The notes below the pieces were generated by a model. That model searched no databases. It worked only from the letters and a program-made list of their open reading frames with translations, and was not told the DNA's origin. From Gemmatimonadota bacterium (GTDB taxonomy: Bacteria > Latescibacterota > UBA2968 > UBA8231), in NCBI GenBank assembly GCA_038128265.1, contig JAYPJE010000014.1:1-45447 (forward strand): a stretch of DNA of 45,447 nucleotides. Direction: 5' to 3'. The translations under genes and the position numbers were made by a program. Shown piece after piece: positions 1 through 9,130 of the stretch (the first letter of the stretch is position 1; the number at the start of each line of letters is the position of its first letter).

Positions 1-1
1 C

Positions 2-2149
2 GTAGATGGCAGGATAGGACGGGTTGGCGAAGCTGGCGTAATCGTCATACAGCTTAGAGAAAGACGGCGGCGAGTAAAACTTGCCCCACGAGTAGTGCAT
101 GGCCGCATTGTCGCTGATCGGATGCGAAATGCCCAATCGCGGCTGCAGAAACCACTTGGTGTCGACTGCGCCTTCGCGGATCGGCCGGCGATAGATCTGC
201 GTCTGTCCATTTCCGTAGGTGTACTCGGCCTCTTCGGACGGACGGAAGAAATCGGCGATCTGCTCTGCATCGACGTTGAGTCCGTCGAGGCGCACGCCCG
301 CGTTAATGATGATGCCTTCATACTCGATCTTGTCCTGCACGTACACGGCCATCTCAGAAGGACTGCGCTCGTACTCACCCACTTCGAAAGGCAGGTTGCT
401 GTAGCCGACCGTGACCTGGGTGCGCTGCATGAGCTGCGACACGGAGTGCTTGCGCACCAGCATACCCGCTTTTAACTGGTGATGAAAGTTAATCTGATGC
501 GTCAGGTCTGCTTTAAACTGCAGCACGTCGCGATTGAGTTCCTCGTAAAAGAAACCCGGCTGACCGAGGCGGTACTGATTGGAACCAAACGGCAGGTCAA
601 AGTTTCTCGAGTTACCCGGGTTGGTGGTGAAGTAGGTGAAGTTGCCGTCTGCATCGGCACCGCTTCCGTCAACGCCGAGATACTTTACGGATTCTTCCGC
701 GCTGTCGATGAATATGAAATCGCCGTCTTCACCTTCTTCAACGATGCCGTCTCCATCGTCATCGGAATAACCAAACGTGCTCGAACGCGTTACGTTGGAC
801 ACTTTGACATCCAAAAACGTGTTGGGCGAAAACGAGTAGTTGGCGCCCACATACATCATAGTACCCAGCTTCTTATTACCTAGCGCGCCTTCCGGATAGT
901 AGGCATACTTACCGCTGAAGTTGCGGTTTACCCAGCCACCCAATTCGCCGCCGTCGTCGATCATAACGTTGCCGGTCAGCTTGAGGTTATCGCCCGCCTT
1001 GTGCGTCAGCTTGAGCGAATGGCGCATCGAGCGATTGAGCGTGTTGGGCAACAGGCCTTCGTCGTTGAGGTAGCGCGTAGTCAGATAGAAGTTGGTGCCA
1101 ATGGCAGGTAGCTTACCACCCAACGAAAGCTCCACTTCGCTCGTCGGATTGCTGCCGTAGGTAACGTCGCCCGGTCTGAAGGTGTAGTACTGCTGGGCCT
1201 TCGCCACGTCTGCGGCGTCTTCCGAGGCCAACAGCTGGTCTCGGGCCTGCTCGTACAGATCGTAGTACGTCGTCTTGTCGACGCTGCCATCATCGGCAGG
1301 CTTTGGATTGACGCGTCCCTCGTACACATCCGGGCCCGCATTTTTATACCCACCAAGACCGCTGCGAATAAAGAGGCGCCCCTCTAACTCATCGCCCCCT
1401 TCGCGCGTGACGACGTTGATAACGCCGGCGCTGGCCGCATCGTACTCGGCGTTGAACGTGCCGGCCACGATGTCGAGCGCCTGCACGTTGCTGGCATTGA
1501 TGCCCACGGCCGTAAACTCACCGTCGGAGGTGCGGTTGACGTCCGTGTACGGATTGTATGTGTTGCCTCCTTCACCCGCGCGAAAGTAGGTATCGGAGAC
1601 GTCGACCCCGTCGACTAAGACCTTGGCTTCGGCCTTGCGACCGCCGCGAATATAGCCGCGAAAGACGCTCGGCGTGGTGTTGATGAGATCCTGCAGATCA
1701 GCCACCGGCATCGTGTTGTTGATCTCGGACAGGCCGATCGAAGCGCGGCTGGTGGTCAGCGAGCGCTCAACCATCGGCGCTTCCGCCGTGATGACCATAG
1801 CCTCCGTCTGCACCGCTTCGGTGGCGAGGCTGAAGTCCACCGTCGTCGTCAGGTCGAGCCGCACCGCGATATCGGTTTTGCGCAGCGCCTGATAACCGAC
1901 GTAGCTAGCCTCTACTGCATACGCGCCCGGGGGCACGTTAAGAATAAAGTAGCGACCCTGATCGTCGGTGATCGCGCCGACCTTCTCACCGCTGACCGTG
2001 GTTACCACATTGGCTCCGGGCAGCGCCTGCCCGGAATCGTCTTGTACTACACCCGCGATCTTGCCGTTACCGGCTGCCGCAGGTATAGCCTGCAGGACAC
2101 AGGCCAATGCCAGCGGCACGGCCCACAACCTCCCTAGCGAAATTCGCAT
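2..2149 (-). CDS. TonB-dependent receptor with N-terminal carboxypeptidase-regulatory-like domain (partial, runs off left edge)
   Basis: Absent from the ORF track because no stop lies in the window. Manual translation from ATG 2149: signal peptide MRISLGRLWAVPLALACVLQAIPAAA, then GKIAGVVQDDSGQALPGANV...TDDQGRYFILNVPPGAYAVEASYVGY, plug-like IRGGR...VLVDGVDV and GTFNAEYDAASAGVINVVTREG. RBS GGAGGG upstream. Confidence 0.9.
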   Translation of the reverse strand, partial: MRISLGRLWAVPLALACVLQAIPAAAGNGKIAGVVQDDSGQALPGANVVTTVSGEKVGAITDDQGRYFILNVPPGAYAVEASYVGYQALRKTDIAVRLDLTTTVDFSLATEAVQTEAMVITAEAPMVERSLTTSRASIGLSEINNTMPVADLQDLINTTPSVFRGYIRGGRKAEAKVLVDGVDVSDTYFRAGEGGNTYNPYTDVNRTSDGEFTAVGINASNVQALDIVAGTFNAEYDAASAGVINVVTREGGDELEGRLFIRSGLGGYKNAGPDVYEGRVNPKPADDGSVDKTTYYDLYEQARDQLLASEDAADVAKAQQYYTFRPGDVTYGSNPTSEVELSLGGKLPAIGTNFYLTTRYLNDEGLLPNTLNRSMRHSLKLTHKAGDNLKLTGNVMIDDGGELGGWVNRNFSGKYAYYPEGALGNKKLGTMMYVGANYSFSPNTFLDVKVSNVTRSSTFGYSDDDGDGIVEEGEDGDFIFIDSAEESVKYLGVDGSGADADGNFTYFTTNPGNSRNFDLPFGSNQYRLGQPGFFYEELNRDVLQFKADLTHQINFHHQLKAGMLVRKHSVSQLMQRTQVTVGYSNLPFEVGEYERSPSEMAVYVQDKIEYEGIIINAGVRLDGLNVDAEQIADFFRPSEEAEYTYGNGQTQIYRRPIREGAVDTKWFLQPRLGISHPISDNAAMHYSWGKFYSPPSFSKLYDDYASFANPSYPAIY

Positions 2150-2186
2150 GGTTACCCTCCCTTGCGTTATGGAGATAGTGCCTAGT

Positions 2187-2203
2187 CTGTAATTGTGTTA
2201 CAG
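2187..2203. promoter_or_regulatory. putative operator, inverted repeat CTGTAA-N5-TTACAG
   Basis: Perfect 6-bp inverted repeat between the predicted transcription start and the receptor RBS. Confidence 0.45.
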
Positions 2204-2226
2204 TATCAACACAAAAAAGCACGCCT

Positions 2227-2255
2227 ATCATAACATGCTCAGAGACAATTGTCAA
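2227..2255 (-). promoter_or_regulatory. sigma70-type promoter for the TonB-dependent receptor
   Basis: Minus strand TTGACA-17 nt-TATGAT with extended -10 TG, in an AT-rich intergenic region. Confidence 0.75.
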
Positions 2256-2346
2256 ATAGTATTCAACTGTTTTAAAAATATATACTTATGTAGTAAATCT
2301 TACTATTTTTACACATTTTCTGGTGTTTTTTTTACAGCGACAACCA

Positions 2347-3789
2347 TCATCCCTGCCACAGGCGCGGCAGTTGGTTGCTGAGCGTGACAAAGGTGAAGTA
2401 GCCGAAGAATGCGCACGCCCATACCATCGCGACAAAGCGCACCGGGTGCATGGCCAACTTACTGCCCAGCACTCGGTTATTGGTCCACAGCAGCAGCAGC
2501 GAGTAGATCAGCATGACGCCCCCGTTGAGCGAGGCGCTCAGCACCAGCAGCACCAGCGGCTGGTTGAAATCCGTCAGCATAATCAGGCAACCAAAGACGA
2601 TCTGCCCCCACAGCATGAAAAAGTAGAGGCGATCCTTGGACCAGTTGCTATTAGAGCGCAGCCAATTCGTCTTGACGATATCAGACGAGATGCGCGCACA
2701 GGCATCGAGCAGGCCCAACTCCGTCGTCAAGAGAATGGCAATGCCCATCCAGCGAAAGACGTGACCGAAGAACGCCCCGTGTGCAGCGCCAATGAATTCA
2801 CCTTCGACGCGAATAAAACCGAGCCCCCCCTCCAAGCCGGGCGTCTGGCGCGCCGTAGCGTAGGAGATCAGCGAGAGCAGCATGAGTGAACCCACCGACA
2901 GCAGGTAAAACGTCACAAAGTGCTCGCGATTGGCCGCCTTCCACCAGCCGCGCCAGCGGCGCATATTGTCTTCGCTGTGTTCGAAGTGATAGCCGATATC
3001 GCCGACGACCTCTTCCTTGCCCGTCAGGGGACTAGTGAGGCGACCGATATAGGCGCCCATCGCATATCCCTTGTCGCGCACGTAGTCACTCTGCACCAAA
3101 TTCATCGTCCCGCCCGCCCCGGCAAATGCCAGCGCCCCCAAAAAGAGCGGCAGTTCCATACCCTCGGGAATATGACCAACGTTGGCGATGCCGCGCCCCA
3201 TTTCCACCACGTGATCGAGCTCTACGACGAGGGCAAATACGACGAGCAAAAAGAGCAGCACACCGCCGATGAGCACCGTCTGAATGCGCTCGACCGTATT
3301 GTAGACTACCGGTCCCAAACTCAGCGCCAAGCCGATGGCTATTAGGCTGAATATCGAATAGAACACCCGCATGCCCTCGCCGCCGCCCAACTCCCAGCTG
3401 AGCATGGTCGCGGCACCCGACGCCCAGCCCGGCCACACCCACGGGATGATGTTGCAGAGCAGAAAAATGGGCGCCCAACCGGACCACAGACGACAAAATC
3501 CCGTTACGGCCGTTTCACCGGTGGCCAGCGTCCAGCGCTCGATTTCCATATTGATGAAGTACTGGGTTAACACCCCGACCATGCAGGCCCAGAACACGAC
3601 AAAGCCAAACTTGTAGGTGATGTAGGGCCAGAGGACGAATTCGCCGCTGCCAATCGACAGGCCCAGCAGCAGAATGCTCGGCCCGACCAGCTTTGTCCAC
3701 GAAGCGGGCGGTTCGGGTAGATCGCGATAGCGTCCGGCCGGCAGCTTATCGCAGGGAATGACCTCGTGCGGCACTCTTTTATCCGACAT
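2347..3789 (-). CDS. Nramp-like (APC superfamily) membrane transporter
   Basis: About 11 hydrophobic segments; GPSILLLGLSIGSGEFVLWP and ERWTLATGE motifs. Start set at MSDKRV (ATG 3789, RBS GAGGGG), overlapping the upstream gene. Confidence 0.8.
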   Translation of the reverse strand: MSDKRVPHEVIPCDKLPAGRYRDLPEPPASWTKLVGPSILLLGLSIGSGEFVLWPYITYKFGFVVFWACMVGVLTQYFINMEIERWTLATGETAVTGFCRLWSGWAPIFLLCNIIPWVWPGWASGAATMLSWELGGGEGMRVFYSIFSLIAIGLALSLGPVVYNTVERIQTVLIGGVLLFLLVVFALVVELDHVVEMGRGIANVGHIPEGMELPLFLGALAFAGAGGTMNLVQSDYVRDKGYAMGAYIGRLTSPLTGKEEVVGDIGYHFEHSEDNMRRWRGWWKAANREHFVTFYLLSVGSLMLLSLISYATARQTPGLEGGLGFIRVEGEFIGAAHGAFFGHVFRWMGIAILLTTELGLLDACARISSDIVKTNWLRSNSNWSKDRLYFFMLWGQIVFGCLIMLTDFNQPLVLLVLSASLNGGVMLIYSLLLLWTNNRVLGSKLAMHPVRFVAMVWACAFFGYFTFVTLSNQLPRLWQG

Positions 3790-4876
3790 AATACCCCTCT
3801 TTCCATGCCAGCAGCGGGTGTTGGCGGTTCGGCATGGGTAGCGCCACGCGCGCACCCGTGATCTGTGCTTCGTAGGCACCGAGAATCATCTCCAGCGCCG
3901 CGCGCGCATCGCGTGCGCTCGAAAGCGGCTGGCGATCCTCTTCAACGGCGGCGATCAGATCGGCGATCGCCCGCGTATTGCCGTGGCCCAGCGGTGCATC
4001 TGCTGGGCCATCCAGCGGCGACCAGGCACGCGCGCCGTCTTCGGGCACGTGCGCGGCGTGTGGATAGTGCATTAGGGCGCCGCCGCTCCCGCCGCGAAAG
4101 GCGATGCGCCCCGCGCTGCCAACGATGTCCAAGCCGTAGTGCGCATCGGCCTCCTGTCCGGACAGCGAAGTAAACGTGCCGCTGACGCCGCTGGCAAAGG
4201 CGAAGTAGCTTTCGACGCTATCGCCGGCAACCGGACCAATCGGCTCGCCCCCCTCACCGATGTCATCCTCAGCGAGCGCGCGCCCGCCCACCGTCACGCG
4301 CGCCGACATCCACGCCACGTCGCCGGCTAAAAAGCGCATGAGGTTAAACAGGTGCGTGCCGAGCACGATCATATCCTCGCCGCCGCTGCGCCGGTCCTGC
4401 TTGCCCACGGCGTGCAGCTGCCGCAGCCGCCCAATACAGCCGGCGCGCAGCCGGTCCCGCAGATGCTGGACGCGCGGCAAATAGACGGCCTGATGCGCCA
4501 CGGCAACCTTTCTATTGGCCGCATCCGCTGCGGCAACGATGCGGTCGGCATCGTGCAGGTTCCAGGTCATCGGCTTTTCGCAGTATACGTGCGCCCCCGC
4601 CCCAATGCAGTCGAGCACCATGTCCAGGTGACAATCCGTCCAGCGCGGACCGACGGTAACGATATCCGGGCGCTCCCTATCTAGCATCTGGCGATAGTCT
4701 TTGTAGGCGCGCGGCGCCTGCAGCTCGCCCTGCGCCTTTAGCCGCCCCTCTTCGCCTTCGTCGGCCACGGCAATCACTTCAACCTCCTCGTGCGCGAGCA
4801 GCCCCAAATGCAGACCGTGTCCCCAGTCACCCTTGCCCGTCCGCCCTATGGCAGCGGCGCGATATGTTTTACGCAT
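3779..4876 (-). CDS. Gfo/Idh/MocA family oxidoreductase
   Basis: N-terminal Rossmann-like AAAIGRTG, HVYCEKPM motif, LGTHLFNLMRF. Confidence 0.9.
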   Translation of the reverse strand: MRKTYRAAAIGRTGKGDWGHGLHLGLLAHEEVEVIAVADEGEEGRLKAQGELQAPRAYKDYRQMLDRERPDIVTVGPRWTDCHLDMVLDCIGAGAHVYCEKPMTWNLHDADRIVAAADAANRKVAVAHQAVYLPRVQHLRDRLRAGCIGRLRQLHAVGKQDRRSGGEDMIVLGTHLFNLMRFLAGDVAWMSARVTVGGRALAEDDIGEGGEPIGPVAGDSVESYFAFASGVSGTFTSLSGQEADAHYGLDIVGSAGRIAFRGGSGGALMHYPHAAHVPEDGARAWSPLDGPADAPLGHGNTRAIADLIAAVEEDRQPLSSARDARAALEMILGAYEAQITGARVALPMPNRQHPLLAWKEGYYVG

Positions 4877-4890
4877 CAAACGATCCCCCT

Positions 4891-6876
4891 CTAGCGCACG
4901 CCGATAAAGACCACATTGCCCACCTCGCCGATGAGGAAGTCAACCACCATCCATACGGCCCCGCCCATGAGCTGGCCGGCGATCATACCAACAAAGAGCG
5001 GCTTGTAGGTAAAATAGCCCTTGGTTCCAGAAAACTTGAAAATAACCGCCTTGAGCATCCAGCCGATAAATACGGAAAACCAGGCCCAGCCCATCACCCA
5101 GCTATCGCTGACCGGCAGGCCGATGTAGTGCAGCGGCCACCACAGATAGTGGTGCTGCATATAAATGAGGAAGCCCATCAGCGCCGCGCCCACGGCCGTG
5201 AACATCAGACGCGGCTGAATGTGGTCCCAGCCAATGGGATTGAGCAGCTTGTCCTGCAAAAACCCATAGGCCATGCTCGGCACGCCAAACTGGCGCAGGT
5301 TGATGCCGCCGTGGCGGTAGTTGAGCTCGAGCGTGATCCACGTGGCACCGGCCATGCCAACGACAATCGCCAGCACCATACCCAAGAATAGACGCCGGTG
5401 GTTGGCGCGGGCGCTGTGCGCCAGCTTGAGTCCGTTGGCCGCCGACGCCATCACCGTGGTGCGCATTTCCGCGGCCCACGAGTAGCTCAGACTGACGGAG
5501 GCGAGCCCTTTCCAACCGACCATATCCGTGCCCAGCGTATAGACCAAAAAGGGCTGCGGCAGCATCGTCGAAGACGTGAAGCCAACGCCGCCTTGGGCAA
5601 TGACGCGGGCGATCGCTAAGAATATGACAAAGGCCCCGACCAGAAAGACCAGAGCCGATAGGACCGGCAATCCGGTCGCCACCAGCCAAACTAAGACGTA
5701 GAGCGCACAGCCCATCCACAGCCACACCGCGGCGCGGTAGGAAAGAATTTCATCGGCGTCCCGCGCTTGTACCCCGCGGCGAAAAGCAGCCGTCAGCACG
5801 TGGCGCAAATGTGCGCGCGCCGTCCACAGCATGGCGCCGACCAGCACCAACATCGCGCCCATTCCCTGGTGCGACAGTGCCACTGAAGAGCCCGTCAGCG
5901 CCTCGTTGTGCCCTTTGACCTGATAGCCAATTATATTGAATACTCCGGTTTGACAGCGGCTCAGCAAATGAAAAAACCAGACGGAAAAGGCGACGTTGAG
6001 ATTGAGAAAGTAGGTCAATCCAATAATGGCAAAGTTGATGAATATGACGAGGCTGACGCTGTTGCGGAACAGGCGCAGAGGATCGAGCAGCGTGCGTATT
6101 TCGGGTACGAAGAAGAAGTAGTGATGTAGCCCGGTCAGCATCTGCATGATAAAAGGCACGGAAAAACCAATCCACATCAGCGGGCTGCGAAACAGCTGGG
6201 GGAATATCCCCTCGTCGGCTCCGCGCAGCATCTCGAGCGGCAGCTGCGTTAGTGGAAAGACCAGGCGCTCCTGTTCAATCCACGGGCGGCGAAATACAAC
6301 CATGGTCGCCACCATCAGCAAGTAGACCGCCAGCATGACGCTGCCCCACGCCAGCATGGGCACGGCCCAGGCATCCCACGGCAGGGAAATACCCTCCGGC
6401 AACCCCTCGTAAAAGTAGCGCGCAACGTCCGGATCGCGCGGCGCCAGCCAGTCGGGTATCAGCGGCTGCACGAGCTCGGCCCAGCGGTTTTCCGGCGTCG
6501 CATAGTAGAAGGGGCGCGTCAGAATGTGAAAGAGGTTGGTTACCAAGCCCCAGGTCGGTATAGCCGAAGCAACAATCATCATCACGTAGATGACGACCAT
6601 TTCGCCCGAGCGCAGAGCCCAGGGGCGGTAGACCATCTTTAGAAGCGGATTGAACAGCCCCACCAAGAGCAGAAAAATCATCATGGCGCCGGCCGTAATG
6701 TAGTCGGACGTCAGACCGGCATTTTGCAAAACGAGAACGGAGTATGGACAGGCCAGATTGAGAAAAAACGCCAGTGCAGTCCCAATGATTAGGGAACGTC
6801 CGCTTACTTCGGGTCCTGCAACCGCTACTCCAGACAAACGCAACCATCCTCTCGTGCCATCGATTCCGTTTCCCAA
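4891..6876 (-). CDS. large polytopic membrane protein, DUF6785/DUF6784-type (putative transporter)
   Basis: 661 aa with many TM segments; motifs PFYYATPENRW, RRPWIEQERLVFPL, WWPLHYIG, YKPLFVGMIAG. TTG start is uncertain. Confidence 0.7.
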   Translation of the reverse strand: MGNGIDGTRGWLRLSGVAVAGPEVSGRSLIIGTALAFFLNLACPYSVLVLQNAGLTSDYITAGAMMIFLLLVGLFNPLLKMVYRPWALRSGEMVVIYVMMIVASAIPTWGLVTNLFHILTRPFYYATPENRWAELVQPLIPDWLAPRDPDVARYFYEGLPEGISLPWDAWAVPMLAWGSVMLAVYLLMVATMVVFRRPWIEQERLVFPLTQLPLEMLRGADEGIFPQLFRSPLMWIGFSVPFIMQMLTGLHHYFFFVPEIRTLLDPLRLFRNSVSLVIFINFAIIGLTYFLNLNVAFSVWFFHLLSRCQTGVFNIIGYQVKGHNEALTGSSVALSHQGMGAMLVLVGAMLWTARAHLRHVLTAAFRRGVQARDADEILSYRAAVWLWMGCALYVLVWLVATGLPVLSALVFLVGAFVIFLAIARVIAQGGVGFTSSTMLPQPFLVYTLGTDMVGWKGLASVSLSYSWAAEMRTTVMASAANGLKLAHSARANHRRLFLGMVLAIVVGMAGATWITLELNYRHGGINLRQFGVPSMAYGFLQDKLLNPIGWDHIQPRLMFTAVGAALMGFLIYMQHHYLWWPLHYIGLPVSDSWVMGWAWFSVFIGWMLKAVIFKFSGTKGYFTYKPLFVGMIAGQLMGGAVWMVVDFLIGEVGNVVFIGVR

Positions 6877-6981
6877 GGTACGTCAACTACCCCGTCGCAG
6901 GCAAGCTTGCCGACAGCACGACCGTACCCGATTTTTGCCGGACTGGATTCGCCCTAAGTTCGCTCTAACTGGAGGACTGTT

Positions 6982-7932
6982 TTGAACGCAATTGAAGCCA
7001 TTGGCGGCAGCCTGCCGCTCAAGAGCGAGGAATTCGCTCGCCGCGCCCATGCCTACGCGCTCAACCCCAACCGCAATCCGCTCAAAGAGGTGCTCGACCA
7101 GGCCGGTTCCGTCGAAGACACCCCACCGCTGCTGGGCATATTCAACGATATCCCCTGGCACCGATTCCGCGAAAGCGAAGCACACGCCTGGGCCAAAGCG
7201 GGTTTTACCTGGATCGTCAACGACGCCGAACACTCGCAGTGGGAGGGCTGGTACGGGCGCGAGCAAAACGCCGCCGAGGCCCGACTCGGCCTGCTGCCCG
7301 TGCAGCGCCTGCACCGCGAGGCGCTGTCCGCTCACGGCGACGTCTACCAGCTCGGCGCACGCGCCTCGCTGCGTCCCTACAGCACGACCTACGAGGACGC
7401 CGAGCGCTTTTTTCGCGCCGTCAACTTTCCCGTTCCCGGCCAGGCCACATCCGATGACCGCGGTGGGTACCCGGTGCGCACCGGCGACCGCACCATGATG
7501 TTTACACCGGACGAACTGCGCAACGCCGAGACGGAAACGCAGGGCTGGATACAGTTTGAGACGGCCGAGTACATTCTCGATCGCGCGCTGCGCGACCGCG
7601 TGCTCGACCTGATGGCAGCGCAGGGACGCAACAAGGCCTGTGGCTTTGTCGGCCCCTTCGACGCCATACTGCGCGAGGGTGAGATACCCGAGATCAACGA
7701 CGCGGTCAACGAGCTATTTCGCGAGGCAGTCAAGCGCGGCCTGTATATGGGGCGCGTCGTTGGCTCTGGTTCGATGGAAGATCCCAAAGACATCGAAGAC
7801 GCCATCGTCGTCGCCATCGAAAATGGAGCACGACTGATTTCCGTCCACCCAATGACCAGCGATATGACCTATCGCGGCGCCGCAGCTATGGCGGCCCCAT
7901 TCTTTGCGGCCGCTGCGCGCTGCGGATTTTAG
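6982..7932 (+). CDS. HpcH/HpaI-like class II pyruvate aldolase family protein (divergent)
   Basis: AGFTWIVNDAEHS, WIQFET and FVGPFD match the HpcH motifs DxEH, QIET and FIGPxD. TTG start with RBS GGAGGA. Confidence 0.7.
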   Translation: MNAIEAIGGSLPLKSEEFARRAHAYALNPNRNPLKEVLDQAGSVEDTPPLLGIFNDIPWHRFRESEAHAWAKAGFTWIVNDAEHSQWEGWYGREQNAAEARLGLLPVQRLHREALSAHGDVYQLGARASLRPYSTTYEDAERFFRAVNFPVPGQATSDDRGGYPVRTGDRTMMFTPDELRNAETETQGWIQFETAEYILDRALRDRVLDLMAAQGRNKACGFVGPFDAILREGEIPEINDAVNELFREAVKRGLYMGRVVGSGSMEDPKDIEDAIVVAIENGARLISVHPMTSDMTYRGAAAMAAPFFAAAARCGF

Positions 7933-8012
7933 AGCGAATGCACGCAAGGTGGCTCTAAACGCCCCGTCGATGCACTGGTCGACAGACTACGCATCCACAG
8001 CGACATCGTTTT

Positions 8013-8052
8013 GCTGGCCTGCGGCGGCATTGTTTACACCCCGCAGGCCAGC
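8013..8052. repeat. GC-rich inverted repeat (12-bp perfect stem), possible terminator or processing hairpin
   Basis: GCTGGCCTGCGG...CCGCAGGCCAGC, 80 nt after the aldolase stop; weak U-tract. Confidence 0.55.
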
Positions 8053-8327
8053 GCCGCTTTAATTGCGCTTGGCTGGCACACAATCCACAAAGGCCTGCAA
8101 TCGACTTACGGCCGGTGCATTGCAAACGGGAAGTCAACAGAGCGCCTTGAATCAAGGCCAATCGGCCTCAGCAGGAACCGGGTTCCGGCGCGGTGCGTCA
8201 CCCCAATCGGTTTGAAGGCGATAGCCTGATGCAGCCCGGCTCGATGCCGAGGAGTAGCTCCAATTGCTCCTCTGCCGTCTCGCCTCTATCTTTCAGCAGC
8301 ACAACCAGACGCCTCTCAGGAGTGTAT

Positions 8328-9086
8328 ATGATCAGAAATGCCGTTTTTGCGTGCCTGTGTACATTGGTCTGCTCTTTGCCTATTCACGCCCAAGACGAAC
8401 CGACTCCAGATACGCCGGTCGAAGCGTACGTGCGCAGCGAACAGCTGAGCTACGATCCGTTTTACGTGTTGCCGAGCCAAAGGGGCTATAAGTCCATTGA
8501 CGTTGGCATGCGCGGCAACGACGTCAACAGGCCGGGAAAAGCCACCAACTTTTTTCTGATGAGCAAGTTTACACCCGGCGATAACGTAGAGGTCGGCGCG
8601 CAGTTGACATTTGGCTTTCTAAACGAATCGGCCTCTAACTTTTCATCTCTGATGGTTGGTAGCAAATACAGCCTCGGTTCCCAGCGCGCAGCGGCGATCA
8701 ACCTCCTCATGCCGGCAGGCGATATAAAAAACCCGGGGATTTCTCTCGGCGTTATGAACAGCCTGGCACTCGGCAAACAGTTCGAAATCAACGGACAGCT
8801 CTTCTTAGGCTTTCTCAAAGGCTATACGGGGGGCAGCGGAGTCGTCATCGATGCTCTGATCGAACCCGTCCTAATAATAAACTCCCGATGGGTCGCCTAT
8901 GTTGACATCAAGGCATCGAGTAATACGGACGGTTTCGGCAGCCATTTAGCCGTCAATGGCTTCCCCAATATCGACTGGGTAATCAGCGACGGAAATGTGC
9001 TCAACATGGGCGTGCAGTTTGGACTGGCAGGCGACCTCAAGAGCAGAGTGACGGGCCTCTACTTAACGCTTTTGCGCACGATGTAG
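8328..9086 (+). CDS. hypothetical secreted protein, probable outer-membrane beta-barrel
   Basis: RBS AGGAG, ATG 8328, signal peptide MIRNAVFACLCTLVCSLPIHA, then amphipathic alternating beta-strand patterns. Confidence 0.65.
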   Translation: MIRNAVFACLCTLVCSLPIHAQDEPTPDTPVEAYVRSEQLSYDPFYVLPSQRGYKSIDVGMRGNDVNRPGKATNFFLMSKFTPGDNVEVGAQLTFGFLNESASNFSSLMVGSKYSLGSQRAAAINLLMPAGDIKNPGISLGVMNSLALGKQFEINGQLFLGFLKGYTGGSGVVIDALIEPVLIINSRWVAYVDIKASSNTDGFGSHLAVNGFPNIDWVISDGNVLNMGVQFGLAGDLKSRVTGLYLTLLRTM

Positions 9087-9130
9087 CACGTTCCATCGCA
9101 CGCCGGCCACACCGACTGAAGCAGATCCTT

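Noticed and set aside
95..2192. Several plus-strand ORFs in the track (95-475, 479-883, 1275-1589 and others)
   Set aside because: Shadow ORFs antisense to the TonB-dependent receptor.
8170..8262. tRNA-Sec-like CTTCAAA loop on the minus strand and a tRNA-like 3' end (..CTCGATGCC..CTCCA) on the plus strand
   Set aside because: No acceptor stem or proper T-arm can be formed on either strand.
8110..8300. Cobalamin riboswitch (GGTG...AAACGGGAAGTC) or c-di-AMP riboswitch (TGAATC...GGAACC) resemblance
   Set aside because: Only short 5' fragments match; the downstream conserved elements of either family are absent.
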